DNA from: Vicugna vicugna
Lineage: Eukaryota
Direction: 5' to 3'
DNA length: 64,000 bases
Assembly: GCA_013265495.1 (NCBI GenBank)
Contig: MU058221.1
Span: 1,612,001-1,676,000 of the forward strand
Shown piece after piece: positions 1 to 11,442 of this stretch. A program made the position numbers and the translations under genes. How positions within the stretch are numbered: the stretch's first letter is position 1; each line of letters starts with the position of its first letter. The notes beneath the pieces were generated by a model. It saw only the letters and a list, made by a program, of their open reading frames with translations. It had not been told where the DNA came from and did not search any database.

Positions 1-14
1 ATGTGATTTTCTAA

Positions 15-110
15 AGCATACAGTGTGATGGTTTACTGTACAAATCCACTGGGAAATGATCACCACGATCGTCCATCACCTCCCACGGTTAGCGTGTGGT
101 GGAAAAAGGT
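15..110 (-). mobile_element. Old L1 (L1MA/MB-like) 3' end fragment
   Basis: 'tacagtgtgatggttt...gaaatgatcaccacgatc...catcacctcccacggtta' resembles the antisense L1MA/MB 3' terminus; a similar segment occurs at ~25300. Confidence 0.55.
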
Positions 111-459
111 CTCCTTTTGTGCTTCCTCTCTCCGGCATTTTGTACACTTCACTTTTATTTCTGTTTTTCTGACTTTCTGCTGAATTAACTAAGTCCCTAT
201 TTTCTTATTATAAATGTTACTGCCACAGGTTTGAAAGTTACATACCTCCATATTTAGTCTGTTGGTGGTTACTTTTGAATGTTACCACGTAGACTTAAAT
301 GTAGAAGGTTCTGAATAAATTAATGCTGTATAGCCTTTTGGGGGAAAAAGATTAGAATATTTTAATTAGAATTGACCCACTCTCAGGACATAGAGACACT
401 AGTAGGCTTGTCTGTGTGTTTAACAGTTTCCTTACTCACTCTGGCATCGCAAAGCTTGC

Positions 460-1460
460 TGTCAGGTAGGAATCCCTTTTGGCTACTGGTAACGGTGGCC
501 TGACTACCATGACTTGAACAAATCAGGAGTTTATTTTATCATGTGAAAGAAGTCTGGAGCTAGGCAGTCCGGAGATGTGCCTCTGGTTCCACAAAGTCAT
601 TAGAGACTCTTAAAGAAAAATTACACTGGACAAGAGGAGCAGACAGAAATGGATTTATTCCGATTCTGTTGCCAGCAATAAGGGGGGAAAGCACAGACCA
701 GTGTGGACAGGCAGTTCTGCGAAACGAAGGGCAGGGAAGATTTTAAGAGCTGCGGTGGGGGATCATAGGCCACCTGTGTTTGTTAATTAGAGTCACCCAC
801 AGGAAAAGCAAACTTTTCCCACACTCCCTGCCAGGAGGTAGTTTAAAGCTTAGAGCAAGGCACCCACTGAAGTGAGGCCCCTGCCCTTCCCCAGAGACTA
901 GCAGAGGGGTTCTATCTTCCTTTAACATTTGCATTTCAAAGAGATGGTTCCCAGGTGCTTGGGACAGCCAGCTCCTGGATCTTAAAATTTGACAGAGGCT
1001 CTTAAGGAAATTCATATACATTTCAAAAGCACAGAGTTAGGAGTTACAATGACATATTGTCTAAAATAAATGTGGTAAGAAAAGGGGGATCAAGGGCTAA
1101 CAGTCAGGAAGAAACTTATCTAAAGTCTAGTCAATCTGATGGGAACATTAAGGCTATCTTTGTCAGGATCCAGAACCTTCTCTTTTTTGCCAACCTATCT
1201 TTGGTGTGTTGTGTCTAATTTCAAAGTCACAGAAGGGCTGCAGGACACCAGCCACAACACCTGCATTCCAGATTGGAAATAAATGGTAAAAGTAAAATGG
1301 TAGCCCTTGTGTCTGGGTGAGCCATCTTAAAGAGAATCAGTAAAGCCTTCGCCAGCAGCTTCTGTTTACATTCCTTATTCATTTTACCCTGAAAAAGAGG
1401 CTAGAAAATGTATAATTTAAGCAATTAACAAAACCAGCCCAGAGTAAACTGAGAATTCTG
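460..1460 (-). mobile_element. Ancient MaLR LTR (MLT1J/K/L-like), split by the ERV1 LTR at 608-1165
   Basis: 'ttgaacaaatcaggagttttatt...aagaagtctggagctaggcagtcc...ggttccacaaagtcat' resumes after 1165 as 'ggatccagaaccttc...cacctgcattccag', which is typical of old MLT1. Confidence 0.6.
608..1165 (-). mobile_element. ERV1 solo LTR, MER67/MER31-like
   Basis: Starts 'tcttaaagaaaaa' and ends 'tttgtca'. Contains 'catttgcatttcaaagagatggttcccagg' and 'agtcaggaagaaacttatctaaagtctagtcaa'. Antisense AATAAA at 654-659. Homologous to 48178-48622 in the opposite orientation. Confidence 0.8.
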
Positions 1461-1499
1461 TTTGAAAGACGAAGGTGAAATGGGATATTTGGTAGCCAT

Positions 1500-2250
1500 T
1501 GCAGGCTCTGTGACAGCCCCTGTGTGACCACCCACATCTTTACATGTCCTTCCTCCATTCGTAAATGTACTGATTTCCCTGCCAAAAGGTAACAAGCCAG
1601 TTCCTACATCTGGGAACTGCATCCAGGTCAAAGTCCAGGTGATGGGCAGCCTTCTTTATCACGTCTCCATGTGCTCCCATGAGCTGGTCAATTGTAAATT
1701 AAATAAATGTATCTGCTCCCCTATGCCAGGACACATAATATAAGAGGGAGAAAGGATAAGAAAAAAATTAGCAGATACAATAAAAACTTCCATTTGGAAA
1801 GAGAAGAAAAAGGGGACCCACACAACCAGTGCTGGGCCAGAACAATCAGCAGAAGTCGTGAGAACTCCTTTTCCCATCAGCGGAGCGCATCCCGTGACTG
1901 ACTCACCTGCTGACCCTTGGTTCTGCCCCCCACTTCCCTGCACAGCTTCCGGCTCTTCCATCTGAAGGGCGCATCTGGCCGTTTTTCCTCATGGTCACAG
2001 CAAGGGGGCATTGGCAAGGTCGCCCTTCCTGGAGTCCACGTAGATGTAGCAGCCTCAGTCCTACGGGTGGAGGCTTGGAGGCAGGAGATCACCGTGGCGA
2101 TCTGACAGTGAAAGGTGATTGCAAGCCCTCGGGCGATGTGGGCGGTCTTTAGAAACGTTATTTTTCAAAACTTGGTAGATCTTCTGTTTATGTGCTTCTG
2201 GTCAGACCACTGCTCAAGCAAATACAGCCAAAAGGGTTGACTAAAACTGT
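1500..2250. mobile_element. Probable degraded MaLR internal (MLT-int) sequence
   Basis: 'aaaacttccatttggaaagagaagaaaaaggggacccacacaaccagtgctgggcc' resembles MLT internal sequence and lies next to an MLT1 LTR. Confidence 0.35.
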
Positions 2251-2569
2251 TTTGAATGCTAAGAACTCGTCTTTAACTTTCTGGCCTCTCTGCTGTGTCT
2301 GTTCCCCTAGCTCCTAATTAATGGTGGCTACTTTGAGACGATGTGAAGACAAGGCTCTGTGAGAAGGCAGCGCTGTTAATCTGAGCAGCGCTCCTGTGCT
2401 GTGGTTATGCTATCAGCAGTTACACTGTGTTCCACTAGACTCTTAAGTCTTTCGCCTTTAAATTATTCCTGTTACATTGTCAATATTTGTGAGCCGTGGA
2501 TCCTGCGGTACCTCACCTGTGAAATGCAGTAATCCCAAAATGCAGCCTGGGATGTTGTGTGCTTGGAGG

Positions 2570-2570
<1 letters not shown>

Positions 2571-2604
<34 letters not shown>
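2571..2604. repeat. (CA)n microsatellite
   Basis: Perfect run of about 17 CA units. Confidence 0.97.
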
Positions 2605-2606
<2 letters not shown>

Positions 2607-3738
2607 GAGATTATTTATTCTGAGATCCTGGACAGTTGAGAGAGCAGGGAGGAGAGAAAGAAGAAATGCAAACAATTTCCATTTCTAGAAACAATAAAAT
2701 GTTCCCTTAGAAATCTCTCTTTCATTTGTGGTCCTCTAGGGAATAAGCGAAAAGCACAAAGTTGAATTTAGATGATCGGCAAAGAACGATTTCTAATGTG
2801 ATGATGATGATGATGACAATAATGACCAAGACAAGCCTCAGAGCCAAGCCTGGTGCTAAGATTTTACATGGAATGTATCGCTCATTTCTCACGACAACCT
2901 GCTGTCTCGTGTTTTGGAGGGTGGCTATCAAACCTCTGATGTGGTTCAGGAATAAAAGATTTAAATTATTTAATTCTGGCACAGTTCTATGCATTTACAT
3001 GGAAGCCAGGTCTATAGAGAAACACAAGTCATGAAATTAAACATTTGACACATCCTGAAAGGTTTATCATCTATGTCCGTTGTTTGTTGTTATTTTAATT
3101 TTAGGCACCCCAGGCAGCACCTTGAGACCCCAGAATTCTCTAAGGGCTTTTTATTAAGACCCATCTAGTGTTGATCCTTTTATAATGGACAACACTGCCT
3201 GCTCCAGCTGTCACTGCAGCAACGAGATGTGTATTAACCATGACATTCAAGCCAGAAAGTTTCACATTTGTTTTGACAGCCGACAGTGAATTCTCTACCA
3301 AAAGCAATTTCTTGTGAGAGTATTATGAACAAGTCCTTGCAAAGCGGGAAGTTTGGGGACCTTTTGATGTGAGAGCTTGCCTTCTCTGTACGGAATAACA
3401 TGGCATTATTGACCAAGACTGTGGTCTGAAAACTGACCCATTATATAAATCCAGTTGGTTTTCAGAATGGTAGGTTTAGCTTTCAGAATGCCTTTTCGAG
3501 GTTGAGACAGCAAAAAATGGTGTAGAAAAGACAAACAGAGTTCTGTGACTTGTAAAGCCTCGCCTGTGTCAATGATGTCCTTGTTGCAAATCTTTTCCTG
3601 CTACAGGAAATAAAATAAAGGCTGGTAAAAGAGATACGCCTTACCCGCTTTTTGTGGAGAAACACAGCATGAGGACGCAAAATTAGAAAGCACACACACA
3701 CAAAACGGATATATTTGGCTACACAAAAGGGAAAGGAA

Positions 3739-3739
<1 letters not shown>

Positions 3740-3769
<30 letters not shown>
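3740..3769. repeat. Compound (TG)n(AG)n microsatellite
   Basis: Read directly from the sequence. Confidence 0.9.
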
Positions 3770-3829
3770 AAGGCAATCAATAAATATGAAAAAAATACTT
3801 TCAACACTGTGTCAGGTAATTCATTTATT

Positions 3830-4450
3830 TTTCACGTGTCAAGCACAATACTGAGTGTTCACCACGACCCTGTGAATTAGGTGTTACAGGCTGTACTGTG
3901 TCCCACCCCCAAATTCGTATGCTAAGTCCTCACCCCCAGTATTTTAAAATGTGAACTTATTTAGAAATCGGGTCATTAAAGATATAAGTAGCTAAGAGCT
4001 AAGATGAGCTAAAATGAGGCTATGTGAACCACTAACCCCAAACCCAATATGACGGTGTTCTTATAAAAAGGAGATATCAAGACAGAGGAACCGGGAAAAG
4101 GCCACATGAAGGTTGGATTCACGCTGCCGCAGCCGAGGAACGCCCAAGGTGGCAGGACCACCACCAGCAGCTGGGACAGAGCTGGGGAGCAGAGTTCAGA
4201 AGAAACCAGCCCTCAGACACCCTGACTTCGGGCTTCCAGCCTCCAGAACCAGGACACACATGGTTCTGTTGTTCAAGCCATCTGGTTTGCAGCCCTTTGC
4301 GATGGCGGCCCTAGAAATCAGCATGGCAGGTGACAGCATTCTCCCCATTTCACAGATGAGGAAACCCGTGCTCAGAAAGTTGAAATCATTGTTTCATGGT
4401 CCTACAATTGGTACACGATTAAATGGGTAGTAGAACCAGGTCCCTGTTCT
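3830..4450 (-). mobile_element. MIR SINE interrupted by an MLT1 LTR
   Basis: Left part 'caccacgaccctgtgaattagg'; right part contains the MIR core 'ccccatttcacagatgaggaaacc..gctcagaaagttgaa'. Confidence 0.75.
3882..4328 (+). mobile_element. MaLR solo LTR (MLT1B/C-like)
   Basis: TG...CA ends. 'tgttacaggctgtactgtgtcccacccccaaattcgtatgct' at the start, 'gacttcgggcttccagcctccagaac' inside and 'gatggcggccctagaaa' near the end. Confidence 0.9.
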
Positions 4451-5684
4451 AATCCCAAACTAGTTGTTTTATATAATTTTGGAATAGGTGAAACAATATT
4501 CCAGGCAGTAGGAAGGGGCAGTGAAAGAAACATGGAGAGAAGCAAAACAAGGCATTTTGTGGAACAGAGGGAGCAATTCCACAGAGAGAGAGATGAAGGT
4601 CCAGGGGTCGAAGAAGTGAGTGGAAGAGAGCAAATAAAGGGTCTACTTGAGATTTTTTTTTATGAAACATTCAAAGTTGGTTTACCCATCGTGGCTGGCA
4701 GTGATTCTCTTGATTATTACTTCATGTTCTGAGGAAGATTTCCGAAGTGCTGCTCCTGCAGCCACATTAGCAAACTGGCCTGGGCACCGGAGGAGCCTTG
4801 CTGAGAGAGCCCCTTGGCCAGTGACGCAGCAGCCATGCAGCGGCCACGCTCACGGATCCACGGCGCAAGCACTGCACGGAGAGTGAGCTGGATTATCCAC
4901 TCACAGTTCCTAGCCTTTGGGCTCCTCACGGAAACCCTCCTCTCGCTTTTATTTTCTGTTCTCGTTATTAAATAGCTCACTATATTTATAATTTCTAGGC
5001 ATAGGCATGACTGAAGGCATTCGGTCCTTAGTATCTGCGTAATTAATTCCACCATTAACTGAGTTTCTACTTCTTCCCTTCTGCCTTTATGATGTCAGTC
5101 TATAATGCGTGGCATCCCATTACTTGGTTTGGAATTTTTTCCACCTTGCCTCCAACCCAACTTGGTACAATTTTACGTGTTTTAAAGTCAGTTATCCAGG
5201 TATATTTCTTTTCCAAACACCGCCTCACAGGCAGCTCCAAGTTCCGTTTCTGATGGAAACATCTCTGTGTATGTTTCTCCACTTTTCATAAATCATGACA
5301 TGGACTTTATGTGTTCATTGTGTGCCTAATAGAGTGACGTGGCAACAATAAAAACCAGAAAGCACTGCATATATATATAATATATAATATATATAAAAGC
5401 AAATATTAGGTTGTAGCTAAATTGTCTGTGGGGGAAAACAAAGTTTTAAAATGTAGACAGAGGAAGAAAACATTTCTGCAAATAAAAAGACATGAGAGAT
5501 GATCACTGGTTCTCAAAATTTACTTAATTGCCAAAACATTTAAAACGTCTAAATGACCATTTCAACACAATGTGTGGTAGCGAATATTTCAAGTTATTTA
5601 AGGCAGTTAATTTATGGTAGATGTCAAGATACTGCAAGCAATATTTATTCATTCAGTTCAGCACATGAAGGCTAGTCCTACTGT

Positions 5685-5792
5685 GTTCTCCTTGCTCGAC
5701 TCTTGCAATAAACCTTTCTCTGCTTCAAACTCCCACGTTTTAGTTTGTTTGACCTCCTGGTGCATCGAGCGCAGGAAATTGGCTTTGACAAC
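5685..5792 (+). mobile_element. ERV1 LTR 3' (R/U5) fragment
   Basis: 'caataaacctttctctgcttcaaactcccacgttttagtttgtttgacctc...gcgcaggaaattggctttgacaaca': polyA signal and CA end. Confidence 0.65.
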
Positions 5793-6044
5793 ACTAAGAT
5801 TCTCAGCTTTGCCGATTCCTCACAAATGTGTGGTTTCTTTGTCTAAAAAAGCAGGAAAGCTGCCTTCTTTGCCCCTTCATACGTCTCATTTCTTTGGGTC
5901 TTCCATGAGAATGAATTTAATTTTTTTCCTCTTGTCAATCTGTCTTGTGTCCATTTTATCATTATTCCAACCCCAAGAACTCGAGAAAGGCAGAGGTTGA
6001 AAGCACCCCCTCTCCAGCACATCGTTTACCACCTGATACAGAGC

Positions 6045-6249
6045 ACACGTTGACCCTTGGACAACATGGGCTTGAACTGTGGGCCCACTGCACAGGGATT
6101 TCTTCAAATAAACATGTGCCACCGAACTAGGTAATCCGTGGTGGATGAATCCGCTGTGGGTACACAGAGCCAGCTGTAAAATTGTATGAGGGATGTTGAC
6201 TGTGAGGGCGTGGGTGCCCCAACCTGCCATGTTGTTCAGTGGTCAACTG
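6045..6249. mobile_element. Tigger2a/MER8-type TcMar MITE
   Basis: Terminal inverted repeats 'gttgacccttggacaacatgg' and 'ccatgttgttcagtggtcaactg'; about 205 bp. Confidence 0.88.
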
Positions 6250-6257
6250 TGTATTTA

Positions 6258-6395
6258 ATTCTGTCTCTGTTGCCCACTCAGCCAACTAGAATGTTAATTC
6301 TATGAGAGCTGGGGGTTCTATCGTGATCTGCTGCACTTAGAATAGCATGTCACGCAAAGAATAGCCCTTACTAATGATTCATTGCATGGATTAAT
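6258..6395 (+). mobile_element. L2 3' end fragment
   Basis: 'actagaatgttaattctatgagagctggggg...cacttagaatagcatgtcacgcaaagaatagccctta'. Confidence 0.65.
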
Positions 6396-8751
6396 CTTAA
6401 AAAGTGACAGTCAATCATTCCAAATTAATCCTCTCTCTCTCTTTTCATTATTATTGCATAGCATACATATACATACAAGCCCCAGAAATTGTTCTAGATA
6501 GTAAGCTAGACTGTCCTGACTCTCAACTAATGACAGAATCAAGACTGCGGTTTCCCCAGCCAGCAAACCACCCCCAAGGCACCCTTCCAGGGCACCGTGC
6601 ACCAGCATGGCTGCTCCCTGAGTGTCTTCCAGGTCATTCGTTATCCTTCAGACACATTCTAATAGAATTTTTTTAAAAATTCTGTATTTCTTTCTGAAAT
6701 TATACCCTACAATTCTGTTTTGTTCCATTTGGGTTGCCTTTCCTCATAACATTATCCTTGTATTTTTTACTTTCAGTTAAAAAATTGTATGTGTGAGATG
6801 TAATCATTGTCTGTATATTAGCCATGATAATTTTTCTACTTATAAATTTCTGGTGATAAACAATCCCCCGTGCAACCAGCATGGAATTTGTATGTGCATG
6901 TGTATAGGATCCAGAGGAAAAGAAGAATGAAATTTGTTTTTCTTTCCATAGCTATTAAACTAATCGTGTCAGGTCTCTGTTGTAACCTTGCAGCTTACTA
7001 GCCAAGCTGACTGTGGCTGATCTGTATTTCCCACACGATACATTCCTTAGAGTTGAAGGGTGTGGAGAGGGCTCAGTATACAGGAGTTTAAGTGCAGAGT
7101 CTAAAATGTTCACTGTTTTATTTAGCTTTTTAAGGTCATAGGAACTAGGGAATTCCAGGCTACATGATGAACAAAGGTAGCTTTGAACATCGTGTCATAG
7201 CTTTCCAACCACTGTGGCTCTGAAATCCTGAAGTGTAATTAAGCGGACAATGATTTGGCATTACCTGAGACTTAGTTTAAATACCTAGACTTGCTCGGTG
7301 GCTGTTTCTCCCATGAGCAAGCAGCTGGCTTAGAGCACCCAAGGTTGGGCGGTGTTTTATGCCACACCCATTCGGAGTCGCTAGGTTTCCCTCATCACAG
7401 ACGGTTCCATTCAGCTCAAACTCACACCATTACCTCAGTGACCTGAGGCCAGAGCAGTGCCATCAGAGTGATTTCATCACGGATCCGTGGAATGAACTTG
7501 CAGATTACTGCTTAGTTTCTCTTCCACGGAAGTAGCTCATATGATCTACCCTTCCGTTGAGGACAATCTTCAGTAACTTCTGGATGAGTAAGTACAGGAA
7601 CAAAAAACAGAGTACACGTGACCCTCAGACACTTGTGAAGGAAGGAGATGAGGGGAAAAGAACCATTGTGAAGGAGTTACATTGCCACGTCAGCATCCTG
7701 TGTAAAGCTCTCAGCTCATCTGCTTGCAGAGAGACCATAATCATGGTCCCACAGCTCCTGAGGGAACTGTTTCTCCAGAAAATTATGCGGGGCCTTGTCT
7801 ACCTCGTGATGCCATCTGGAATAAAAAAGAGGGAAGGGAGAATTAATTTAGAATGACTGGTCCTACACTTTGCTGTGATTCATTCATATAATAAGTATCT
7901 AATAAGGTCCTACTGTTTGCTCAGGTCAGGACAAATGTTCCCAGTCATCACATATAATCATAGGGAATTACTTTCTGGCCTAGAGCTGTAACTTGTTTAA
8001 AAAAAAAATTAAAGTTCCTAAAACTAGGGGTGAAAGGGGAAATCTCTTTCTGGAAAAAAAAAAAAAAGGCTTACCATGAACTTTTCCTGGAGAAATGGGC
8101 ACCTTGACAAAAAGAGCCCTTGGCCCCTCCCTCCCAAGACCACGCACCCTGAGAATGGAGAGACCGCCATCTTCCCAGTTCCTCAAAGAAGCACATCACC
8201 TGTGTCCCCCTCTCTCTTCTAGGCCAGGGTGTGCAGCAGAGATCCCTCGCCAGGACCTGGGGCACGTGGACCCAGTCACCACACTCTACATAGACATTGC
8301 TGTGAATCTTCTGAATTATAATTGAGCAACATTTTTTTCTCATGGCAATTAATAATGATGACGTCTAGACCATCCTTTGAACTACCTTTAAATGAGGGAG
8401 AAGACTCTTGATTCCTTCCATGGTTGAGTTATTGAAACACGAAAGCCGGCCACTCCAGCCCCGCCACCAAATGTGATGGAACTGACTAAGGCTGCCTTGG
8501 CCACAGCCACCCTGCAGTGACACGGCTAATCACAAATAAACTCTCCCATCACACGGCCAACACATCGAACAGTAACTGGCTGAAAAGCCCTGGAGAGTAT
8601 TTTTAGTTTTGGAAAGTGGCTAGCAGCCCCCACACTCACCCTCTCCCAATGTCTCACCAACATACCGCCTAAAGCACACAGTCTTAAGGAAATAGGAAAT
8701 GTCACCAACCGATGAGAGAAGAGCAAGGCACAGCGCACAGGATCTTGGAAC

Positions 8752-9179
8752 TGTTATGGAAACGACAGGCCAGCCAGGAAACAAGCACCACTCGGAGGGC
8801 TGGAGCGCTCAGATGTGTTACGCCGGCGGGCTCAGAGGGGCTTCTGCTCCGAAGCCCTGAGCCCCTCCGAGACGTGCGCATGAGGTTTTATAGGGTAAAG
8901 TGCAAGCTTGGGGTATTCGGCCAATAGGCACGCAATAGCTTTAGCAACATCATTATCACAAAAGTGGAGGCAGTGAGGCAGCAAAGCAACATTTCAAGGC
9001 CAGATATGTCTCTTTGAAAATCCAGCTGGCTAGCAAAGCATGAACAGGGAATCAGCAACCCGACACTTATTAACTTAGATTTACGAGTTAGCCCAGCAGA
9101 AGTCAGATCAGTAATCCGACACTTGGTACTCTTAGATTGGTGACTTAGCTTGTCAGCCCAGCTGGGCTTTTCCTTCACA
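8752..9179 (-). mobile_element. Relatively young ERV1 solo LTR, 428 bp
   Basis: TG...CA ends with a perfect 4-bp TSD GAAC (8748-8751 and 9180-9183). Antisense TATA box 'ttttatag' near 8886. Internal duplicated U3 block. Confidence 0.9.
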
Positions 9180-10875
9180 GAACAACTGCAAAAAGTATAT
9201 GACAGACGGGATTGAAATAAGAAAACACGCAACGTCAATCCAGCTCTGGCCTAACTCTGTGAAACACCAACTGCTTTAAAGAGGCATGCCTTTTATTCAG
9301 CTGTGAAAGCACTACGGGTCCTTCTTGGAGTCTCCATGTTTAGCGCATCGTTCCTCCTCATGGGATGCCCCTTTTTATTTGAATTAATTTGGATGCGTTT
9401 ATGTGCTTTGCAATCTAAACCCCTAACTGATGCATATTCTTGCTCTTCTTTTTCTGTTTTAATAGCTTTCACTTTAGAATATTTTTTTAATTCTAGCTTT
9501 CTAACTGTACGTGTTGTATGGGCACACACTGACACGCAGCATTCACAGCAGCAAAGCTGCGGGACACGAGAATGCCTTTTCCTCCCGTCTTCTTCACTTG
9601 TGGGATAATTCCTTTATTCTTCGTGACTCACCTCAGGCGTCCGGTTTTCTGGGAAGCCGGCCTTGACGGCCCTTCAGCCTGCCCGTGAGGGTACCGCACG
9701 CTGGACCAGCGGCCCGTGTTCGCACCACGAGATGCCACGTGCGGCATCAAGATCGGTCGCTGGCCGTTTTGCGTGCTTGGCAGGCGCTCAGCAAGGCACT
9801 GAGAGCATCGCAGACGTGACCCCACTCCCTCTTCTCCCCAGCTTCAGGAAGTGAGGCTATTTCACGGATGAAGAGAAAACTCAGGCTTCAAGCACTGTAT
9901 TCAGCACTTTACACTTACTGCTTTATTTTATCGTCATAGTGGTAACTTGGAGCTATTGTGAGCCCTACTCTAAAGGTAAGAAAATGAATGCTCGTAGTAC
10001 TTAACTGGCTGACGCCTTGCGTTTATCTCCATTGTATCTATTGTAGAATGTATTCAAATGGGAAAGATCTTTTTATGCCTCCTTCTCCCCAGTGACGCAC
10101 TGAGCCCACAGATAAAGGCTGCGTTTTCCTCACGTTGGAATTCCGCATTTGTGCTCCGTAAACGTCCACTTGTCAGTGAATGTTAGTTAGTCCTAAGATG
10201 CTCAGGTTTTAAATGCGTTTGAGTAAAGGAATAAACACAGCTGTCCCTCCTCTGAAGACACTCTGGCATTTTTATCTTGCCACTACGTTGCTGTCTCCTC
10301 TGAAAATGATCCCCCGGGGATCACTCTGGAAGCAAGCAGAACCCTGTGCCTCCCCCGCCCCCCACGCAACCCCTGCCTCTTGTTTGCAGAACAGCTGAGG
10401 TCTCCCAGGGCTCCCTGAGACACAGAAGAGCAGGTTCAAACAGCCAAAGATCAGGAAAACAGAGTCACAGACTCAGTGTCTGATGCATAGCCCTGAGCTG
10501 CTCTGCAGACTCTGTAACCCCCACCAGAGGGAAAGCGCCAACTGCACGCTGACCAGACGGCAGCCACATCAGCTGCTCCATCTTGAGCGGCGCGGAGTCT
10601 GTGGTTAGCACACTTGCAAGAACTGACCTTGGAAGCACGAGACTCACACGACTGCTCGTAGTAATCTGTGTATCTGTGGGCGTCACGATCACTGTAGCTT
10701 GCTCCGTCTGCAGGTGTAAACGGGCAACCAGAAGTGTCAGCAAAGAGGTGCTTCAAACCCATGTCAGTATCGTTCACTTTAAACCCGCAACAGCCCTTCT
10801 CAGCCTGAAGGGCTTACAGGAGGTGGAATTTCACCGATAACCCCAGGGAAGTGATATCTGATGGAGGGTGGAGGG

Positions 10876-11442
10876 TGTTGCAAGCAGCTCCATGCAGGAC
10901 ACCTCCCAAGCAGGAACCCCTTTGGTCTTGTCACTGTAGCAAAACCATGTTGCAACTAACCTCAAACCAGGCACCCGCATGCCCTACGCATCTGCAGACT
11001 GAGCACGCCTTTCAAATCTCTTGATCACACAATACCTTGCCTCACTTGTTGCTCTTTTTTTTTTTTTTTTTTTTTTTTTAGAAAAAGAAATTAACAAATG
11101 ACCCTGGCTTCCTCTTCAGGAATCTCTCCAACAAACTGTGTGAACAAGACAGCACCTAAGGAACATTCACAAGGAATTGACAGGCAAGCCCGTGGGAGGT
11201 GGGAGGGTGACCACAGCTCTGACCCCCTTATCTCAGTGATCAGCTGAGGTCACTTCTCTATTTTCCCTTTAAAAACTTCCATGGCTGAGCAGAATCTTGG
11301 GAGGTGGTTTTTAGGGACACTGAATTCACCACCTCTCCACATTGCTGGCATTCTGATTAAAGGCAACTTTCCCTTCTATCAACATTGTGCCTCTCAAGTA
11401 CTGATTTTTGAGTGGCCAGCAGCTGGACCACGTTCTGTAACA
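10876..11442 (+). mobile_element. ERV1 solo LTR (MER41-group-like); 5' boundary uncertain
   Basis: 'ccctttaaaaac' TATA-like box, ATTAAA near 11356, U5 'gatttttgagtggccagcagctggaccacgttctgtaaca' ending in CA, and an internal poly-T run at ~11055-11079. Confidence 0.75.
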
